DNA of 64,000 nucleotides from Chloroflexota bacterium (GTDB lineage Bacteria; Chloroflexota; Dehalococcoidia; E44-bin15): NCBI GenBank assembly GCA_030604825.1, contig JAUVVB010000010.1, positions 2,109 to 66,108 of the forward strand, read 5' to 3'. Shown piece by piece: positions 58,891 to 64,000 of this stretch (position 1 is its first letter; each line of letters starts with the position of its first letter). The notes under the pieces were generated by a model. It saw only the letters and a program-made list of their open reading frames with translations, ran no database searches and was not told where the DNA came from. The position numbers and the translations under genes were made by a program.

Positions 58891-61350
58891 TTATTGAGGG
58901 GATTTTGCCGCTTCCAGGGTGCGGATGACGATCTTGTCGTCCTCGCAGTCGACGAGCACGGTGTCCCCCGACTGGAAGTCCCCGCGGAGCAAGGCATCAG
59001 AAAGGGGGTCCTCCACCAAATCCTGAATCGTTCGGCGCAAGGGACGGGCGCCAAAGACGGGGTCATAGCCCTTCTCGCCGAGGAGGTTCTTGGCGACATC
59101 GGTGACCTCGAGCTTTACCGCCTTCTCCGCCAGCTCCTTCCATACCTCACGAAGCATGAGGTCCACGATCTGCCTGATGTGATCCTTGTTCAGGGCGTGG
59201 AAAACAACGATGCCATCGATGCGGTTGAGGAACTCGGGGCGGAAGAACTTCTTCACCTCCCCCATCACCTTTTCCTTCATCCTCTCATAGGACTGCTGCT
59301 CCGATTTGGCATCTTCGGTCTTGGTGGCGAAGCCCAGGGTGGTGTCGCGCTTGATGAGCTCAGCGCCGATGTTGCTGGTCATGGCGATGATGGTGTTCCT
59401 GAAGTCCACCCCCCTCCCTTTGGCATCGGTGAGATGCCCATCATCGAAGATCTGGAGCAATATATTGAAGACATCGTGGTGAGCCTTCTCGATCTCATCG
59501 AGGAGGATTGCCGAGTAGGACTTTCGCCTCACCGCCTCGGTGAGCTGCCCCCCTTCCTCGTAACCTATATAGCCCGGGGGCGCCCCCACCAGGCGAGCCA
59601 CAGTGTGCTTCTCCATGAACTCAGACATGTCCAGCCTGACCAGGGCATCCCTGCTGCCAAAGAGGAATTCGGCCAGCACCCTCACCAGCTCCGTCTTCCC
59701 CACCCCGGTGGGGCCAAGGAAGATGAAACTGCCGATGGGACGCCGGGGGTCCTTGAGCCCGGCGCGAGCCCTCCGCACCGCCTTGGAGATCATGGTGATC
59801 GCCTCATCCTGGCCGATGATGCGGCGATGAAGCACCTCCTCCATCTGAAGCAGGCGGGCGGTCTCATCCTTGGCCAGGCGGGTCACCGGGATGCCGGTCC
59901 ACATGCTCACCACCTCGGCGATGTCCTCCTCGGTGACCACAGGTGCCTCGGCCTGCTTTTCCTCCTGCCACCCTTCTTCCATCCTCTCCATCTTTTCCGC
60001 CAGTTTTAGCTCGCGGTCCCTCAGCTCGGCGGCGTACTCATACTGCTGGCCGGCGATGGCCGCCTCCTTATCCTGGCGCAGCCTCTCCACCGCCTGCCTC
60101 GCCTCGTTCAAAGGGATGGGGGTAGAGAAATCCCTGATCCTCACCCGGGATGCCGCCTCATCCACCAGGTCGATAGCCTTATCGGGGAGGAAGCGATCGG
60201 GGATATACCTTGCTGCCAGGGCTGCCGCTGAACTTATGGCCTCATCGCTTATGGTGAGTTCGTGATGCTCCTCGTAGCGGCTCTTGATGCCCTGTAGGAT
60301 ATCCACCGTTTCCTCGATGGATGGCTCCTCCACCAGTATGGGCTGAAAGCGCCGCTCCAGGGCAGGATCCCTCTCCACATGCTTTCGATAGTCGTCGGCG
60401 GTGGTGGCACCAATACACTGCAATTCGCCCCGGGCCAGGGAGGGCTTCAGCAAGCTGGAAGCATCGACCGCACCCTCGGCAGCGCCAGCGCCGACGATGG
60501 TGTGCATCTCATCGATGAAGAGCATGCAGTTTCCTGCCGTCTTTATCTCGTCGATCACCCGCTTCAGGCGCTCCTCAAACTCCCCTCGATACTTGGTCCC
60601 TGCCACCAGGGAGCCGATATCAAGGGTGAGCACCCGCTTACCCCTCAGCATCTCAGGGACATTGCCCGCCACGATGCGATGGGCTAGGCCCTCAACGATG
60701 GCCGTCTTGCCCACCCCCGGCTCTCCAATGAGAACCGGATTGTTCTTGGTGCGCCGGCTGAGGATCTGGATAACCCGCTCGATCTCCTTCTGACGCCCGA
60801 TGATGGGGTCGAACTTGCCGCGGCGGGACATCTCGGTCAGATCCACGCTTAGCTGATCCAGGGTTGGGGTGCGAGATGAGGGGCGAGGTCCCGCGGCCTG
60901 GGGCATGCTTTGCTGCAGGATGCGCACCGTCTCGTTGCGCACCTTGTCCAGGTTAACGCCCAGGCTCTCCAGGACACCAGCAGCAACCCCCTCTCCCTCG
61001 CGCAAAAGCCCCAGCAGGAGATGCTCGGTGCCGATATAATTGTGATTGAGGCGGCGGGCCTCATCTACCGCCAGCTCGATAACCCGCTTCGCTCTGGGGG
61101 TAAGCCCAATCTCCCCCCTCACCGCGTGCTCCCCGCGCCCGATGATGAACTCAATGGCACTGCGCACCTTGGCCAGCTCCACGCCAAGGTTGGCCAAAAC
61201 CTTAGCCGCAACGCCCTCACCCTCCCGAACCAGACCCAAGAGGATATGCTCGGTGCCGATGTAGTTATGGTTGAACCGCTGCGCCTCCTCCTGAGCCAGG
61301 GTAAGGACCTTGCGCGCCCTTTCGGTGAACTTCTCAAATCTACTGGACAT
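58891..61350 (-). CDS. clpC: ATP-dependent Clp protease ATP-binding subunit ClpC
   Basis: 819 aa. Duplicated Clp N-domain repeats, two AAA+ modules (GEPGVGKT / GPTGVGKT) and a short UVR-like linker. Confidence 0.9.
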   Translation of the reverse strand: MSSRFEKFTERARKVLTLAQEEAQRFNHNYIGTEHILLGLVREGEGVAAKVLANLGVELAKVRSAIEFIIGRGEHAVRGEIGLTPRAKRVIELAVDEARRLNHNYIGTEHLLLGLLREGEGVAAGVLESLGVNLDKVRNETVRILQQSMPQAAGPRPSSRTPTLDQLSVDLTEMSRRGKFDPIIGRQKEIERVIQILSRRTKNNPVLIGEPGVGKTAIVEGLAHRIVAGNVPEMLRGKRVLTLDIGSLVAGTKYRGEFEERLKRVIDEIKTAGNCMLFIDEMHTIVGAGAAEGAVDASSLLKPSLARGELQCIGATTADDYRKHVERDPALERRFQPILVEEPSIEETVDILQGIKSRYEEHHELTISDEAISSAAALAARYIPDRFLPDKAIDLVDEAASRVRIRDFSTPIPLNEARQAVERLRQDKEAAIAGQQYEYAAELRDRELKLAEKMERMEEGWQEEKQAEAPVVTEEDIAEVVSMWTGIPVTRLAKDETARLLQMEEVLHRRIIGQDEAITMISKAVRRARAGLKDPRRPIGSFIFLGPTGVGKTELVRVLAEFLFGSRDALVRLDMSEFMEKHTVARLVGAPPGYIGYEEGGQLTEAVRRKSYSAILLDEIEKAHHDVFNILLQIFDDGHLTDAKGRGVDFRNTIIAMTSNIGAELIKRDTTLGFATKTEDAKSEQQSYERMKEKVMGEVKKFFRPEFLNRIDGIVVFHALNKDHIRQIVDLMLREVWKELAEKAVKLEVTDVAKNLLGEKGYDPVFGARPLRRTIQDLVEDPLSDALLRGDFQSGDTVLVDCEDDKIVIRTLEAAKSPQ

Positions 61351-61434
61351 CTTCCGCTCCCAAACTAAAGGGCAAGGGGCCCGACCGCCTATATTTTAAC
61401 ATACCTCGTTGGAAAAGGAAAGGGTACCAAGGTA

Positions 61435-61743
61435 TTAGTTTTTGCTTCCCCTCCTCATAGATGCAATTACCCTTTCCACGCCCAACCCCAAAAGGGAAAC
61501 AAAGAGCACCGTCTCCACGCTCCTTATCAACAGGTTGGGCTCCGCCGCCTGGGTTACCCCGTAAAGCCATATATTGGCGAAGTGCCACAAGAAAGCGAGG
61601 GCGCAACCGGTCAATGCCAGGTAAGCCAGAACATCCCTGAAAGATGTCTTACTGGGGTTATGCCCCTCAGCGATTGAGGCTTTCCCCGGGTGAGGCTTCC
61701 GCCTCTCCTTTACCGCCCCGACCGGATATGCTTCCTGCCTCAT
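61435..61743 (-). CDS. Hypothetical small membrane protein (102 aa)
   Basis: ORF with two hydrophobic segments. The start codon lies inside the 3' arm of an 11-bp inverted repeat (ATAGTGAAACC...GGTTTCACTAT, 61742-61780). Weak support. Confidence 0.25.
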   Translation of the reverse strand: MRQEAYPVGAVKERRKPHPGKASIAEGHNPSKTSFRDVLAYLALTGCALAFLWHFANIWLYGVTQAAEPNLLIRSVETVLFVSLLGLGVERVIASMRRGSKN

Positions 61744-61863
61744 AGTGAAACCCCCTGTCTAGTGCAGGCGGTTTCACTATTGGCTCCCCAGTGCTCAAGT
61801 GACCAGCTACAAGCACCGGTTCACTGCCCCTGCAAATATTAACGCCTTATTTATTTCTTAAAT

Positions 61864-62547
61864 TTATTCCTTCTCCCGCCACACGCCCTTAACGAAGACC
61901 TTCTCCTTCCTTGGACGCCGTGGCAACTCTAGCCCCGCTTCCCTGGCGTATTTGATCATCCTCGCCAGCTCAGCCACCCTCCTGCCGACATACCTGGTTC
62001 TTATTATGCCGGCGGCATCGTCCAGCACGCCATGCTCTAGGAAATCGGGCCGCTGACCGTAGGCCCTAGCGCTTGCCACTGCGGTGGACCACGCCACCGG
62101 AATCATCTCCAACGTTTGGATCAGCGAGTAAAGAACGCTGGTCGCCCATTCCATTCCCACTCCGAACCATCCCAGGGTTAGCGCCCCAGCAGGCAGGGTC
62201 CGGAACCGGTGATGGAAGAAAGTGCTCTCCCGGGTTCTGGACACCAGATTCAACAGAGGGGGGGCCAGGGTTAGATCCCATGTGGGCCCGCCCAGAATCA
62301 TCCCGTCCGCCCTTTGCATGGCTTCGTAGACCATGTGAAAATCATCTTTCACCTTACACGGTGCCCGGTTCTCAATGCACCACTGACAGTGTACGCAGGC
62401 AGCAATTTTCTTATCCGCCAAGGTAATGAACTCCGTCTCCACCCCTTCAAATGCTGCGGCGGCTGCTTTTAGGGCTTCCTGGACCATCTTGTCGCAGTTT
62501 CCATCCTTGATAGGCGTTCCAGAAATCCCCAAAATCCTGACATTCAT
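61864..62547 (-). CDS. NADPH-dependent FMN reductase-fold iron-sulfur flavoprotein (Isf-like)
   Basis: 227 aa. Flavodoxin-like N-terminus MNVRILGISGTP..GN plus a Cys cluster CVHCQWCIENRAPC. Confidence 0.6.
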   Translation of the reverse strand: MNVRILGISGTPIKDGNCDKMVQEALKAAAAAFEGVETEFITLADKKIAACVHCQWCIENRAPCKVKDDFHMVYEAMQRADGMILGGPTWDLTLAPPLLNLVSRTRESTFFHHRFRTLPAGALTLGWFGVGMEWATSVLYSLIQTLEMIPVAWSTAVASARAYGQRPDFLEHGVLDDAAGIIRTRYVGRRVAELARMIKYAREAGLELPRRPRKEKVFVKGVWREKE

Positions 62548-62595
62548 GCTTTTCCTCCTTTTAAGGGCGAGACTTTAGTACACTGATAGTAAGGA

Positions 62596-62629
62596 AGTAG
62601 TATCGTAGTACCAGAAAAACATTATATCA
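62596..62629 (-). promoter_or_regulatory. Extended -10 promoter (TGaTATAAT) for the flavoprotein gene
   Basis: Perfect TATAAT with an upstream TG on the minus strand, giving a roughly 65-nt UTR that contains four TAGTA/TACTA motifs. Confidence 0.45.
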
Positions 62630-62839
62630 GAAATTGTCGATATGAAAAAGCCCCTTACCTGGTTTAACCAAAGGTAGGGGGTGGGGGTACAAAAGTACTA
62701 AAAAGTACTAGAAAGGCGGCCAACATCTACCAAACGCTAGCCACAAAACTTCCGGCAAAAGGGGCTGATTAAGCGATAGAGGATTGGCACAATAAAGCCA
62801 TGTAGCACACCACAAGCCACAGCAACCAAGACGAAAAAA

Positions 62840-62964
62840 ACTTCCCGGCAGTGGCATATTTTCCACACCCCGTTGCCAGGGCAGTATCGTCTGCGCTGGG
62901 GCGTTTCACTTCCGTGTTCGGGATGGGAACGGGTGGGTCCACCCCGCTCTAACCACCGGGAAGC
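62840..62964 (-). rRNA. rrf: 5S ribosomal RNA (stand-alone; no 23S or 16S within 1 kb either side)
   Basis: Minus strand reads GCUUCCCGGUGGUUAGAGCGGGGUGGACCCACCCGUUCCCAUCCCGAACACGGAAGUGAAACGCCCCAGCGCAGACGAUACUGCCCUGG...CUGCCGGGAAGU. Helix I termini pair. The conserved loop B/C CCGAACACGGAAGUGAAAC is present. Confidence 0.85.
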
Positions 62965-63266
62965 TTCTGTATTTTAGCACACTATCTGACAAAAGAAAAG
63001 AGCCTTTAGTATGGAGATTTTGTATCTAAATCACGACTTTTAGGTTTTATCTGGTAACCCCATCCCCCTTGGTCCCCTTCTCCTTCAAAGGAGAGGGGGA
63101 AGAAAAAAAAGAGGGGCTTTCGCCCCTCTTAAACGCCCTGTAAATTAGGTAGTGTTTTTAGTAATTTTTTTTGACGCAATGCATAGGCTTTACGATGCAA
63201 AATAGTATATTGACGAACAACATTGCGAGTAGTAGATTAGTCGTAAAATAATAAGGATGGTGTAAA

Positions 63267-63419
63267 ATGTCAAAGATTATTACGTGTCCAGTTTGTCATG
63301 GGTCTGGTCAGGTAAGAAAAACAATGAAAGGTTTACGATTGATAAACGAAGGTGCACCAGGCAGTACGGAAAAAGTGCCCTGTGATAATTGCCACGGAAC
63401 AGGCAAAGTCAGAGTTTAA
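63267..63419 (+). CDS. 50-aa DnaJ-type zinc-finger micro-protein (two CxxCxGxG motifs) in an AT-rich segment
   Basis: MSKIITCPVCHGSGQVRKTMKGLRLINEGAPGSTEKVPCDNCHGTGKVRV. Preceded by TTGACG-N17-TAGATT. Confidence 0.35.
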   Translation: MSKIITCPVCHGSGQVRKTMKGLRLINEGAPGSTEKVPCDNCHGTGKVRV

Positions 63420-63446
63420 CCCACAAGTAAGCGGTTTATAAACACT

Positions 63447-63713
63447 ATGGTACGAGTAATAGGTTTTGGTATAACCATTGCAGCAGGTATTTTAGGTACA
63501 GCATATTTTATGTTTGGCATCCTATCTATTGAATTCTGGATAGGTGTAGCCGTTTGTGCACTATTAATATGGTGGGCTTATTCAAGATATAGAAAATTAT
63601 ATACCATTGTAGAGTGTTCAAATTGCCACCGTAGAATGAGTTATAAACGATTTAGGGATGCGGGCGGATGTCCAAAGTGTGGCACAGACTTATATATCCC
63701 AAGGAGTAAGTAA
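63447..63713 (+). CDS. 88-aa protein with two TM helices and a C-terminal zinc ribbon (CSNCH...CPKCG)
   Basis: Track ORF, about 38% GC. The topology is read from the sequence. Confidence 0.45.
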   Translation: MVRVIGFGITIAAGILGTAYFMFGILSIEFWIGVAVCALLIWWAYSRYRKLYTIVECSNCHRRMSYKRFRDAGGCPKCGTDLYIPRSK

Positions 63714-63715
63714 GT

Positions 63716-64000
63716 ATGGAAGAACAACGCACACCGAGTTACTGGGCTCTAAAGACTACGGAAGGTAGAGACGGTCATGATTGTTGGGACCGATTCTTTG
63801 GCGAGGGTGTCGAGGGTGTTATCGCAATAGGATGGCATTTAATAACCGTTAGTCCGGCTATGGTCAGCAAAGAGCAACTTATATCCTCAATAAAGGAAGC
63901 ATATCCTAAAGATGATGCGAAGTACGGCGCGCGTAAAATCAAACAGTTCATAGAGATTGCTGAGGAAGATAGAGTCCTAATCTGTCGGGGGTATGCACCA
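63716..64000 (+). CDS. Hypothetical protein, 5' part only (MEEQRTPSYWALKTTEGRDGHDCWDRFFGEGVEGVIAIGW...); runs off the window
   Basis: Open to the window end; AT-rich. A YWAL...W...G..G...IG N-terminus suggests a PUA-like (EVE/ASCH-type) fold, but this is speculative. Confidence 0.35.
   Translation, partial: MEEQRTPSYWALKTTEGRDGHDCWDRFFGEGVEGVIAIGWHLITVSPAMVSKEQLISSIKEAYPKDDAKYGARKIKQFIEIAEEDRVLICRGYAP

Noticed and set aside
61742-61780. 11-bp-stem inverted repeat as a terminator for the flavoprotein gene
   Set aside because: No U-tract follows it on the relevant strand. It overlaps the start codon of a weak ORF instead. I kept it as a note only.
1-64000. CRISPR arrays, IS elements, integrase/transposase genes
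   Set aside because: I scanned both strands for regularly spaced direct repeats and for transposase or integrase signatures and found none. The acquired genes here lack a recognisable mobility gene in the window.

Overview
This is a high-GC (about 60%) bacterial chromosomal window. The HrcA/CIRCE heat-shock arrangement, a stand-alone 5S rRNA gene and frequent TTG/GTG starts suggest a Chloroflexota-like genome, but this is inference only. Most of the window is housekeeping. The genes I can support are polA (5' part), argF, der-plsY-gpsA, rsmE-prmA-dnaJ, hrcA-grpE-dnaK, fabH, bioY, rho, a short transaldolase, pyrG, tyrA-aroA, remA-like-gmk, pyrD, ilvD-ilvB-ilvN-ilvC-leuA-leuC-leuD-leuB-cimA, larC-larE, radA and clpC. 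There is also tRNA-Thr(CGU) and an orphan 5S rRNA. The interesting content is elsewhere. (1) Lower-GC, apparently acquired genes are wedged inside otherwise ordinary operons with short or overlapping junctions. These are a TPR protein between argF and der, an Mrr-like type IV restriction nuclease between ilvC and leuA, a csp / HesB-like / RRM cluster plus a duplicated leuC 3' end followed by a 38%-GC 321-aa orphan protein between leuC and leuD, and a NYN nuclease between leuB and cimA. (2) An island lies between tRNA-Thr and a duplicated tRNA 5' half. It holds three transporter-type transcription units, each preceded by a diverged copy of the same roughly 150-nt promoter-plus-structured-leader element, which is a candidate new cis-regulatory RNA. 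(3) An AT-rich foreign segment with small zinc-finger proteins starts next to the orphan 5S rRNA at the window end. (4) polA carries an apparent frameshift. ORF coordinates follow the supplied track. Coordinates I derived by hand for RNAs and motifs may be off by 1-2 nt, because the printed line numbering appears locally inconsistent around 32.6-34.0 kb.
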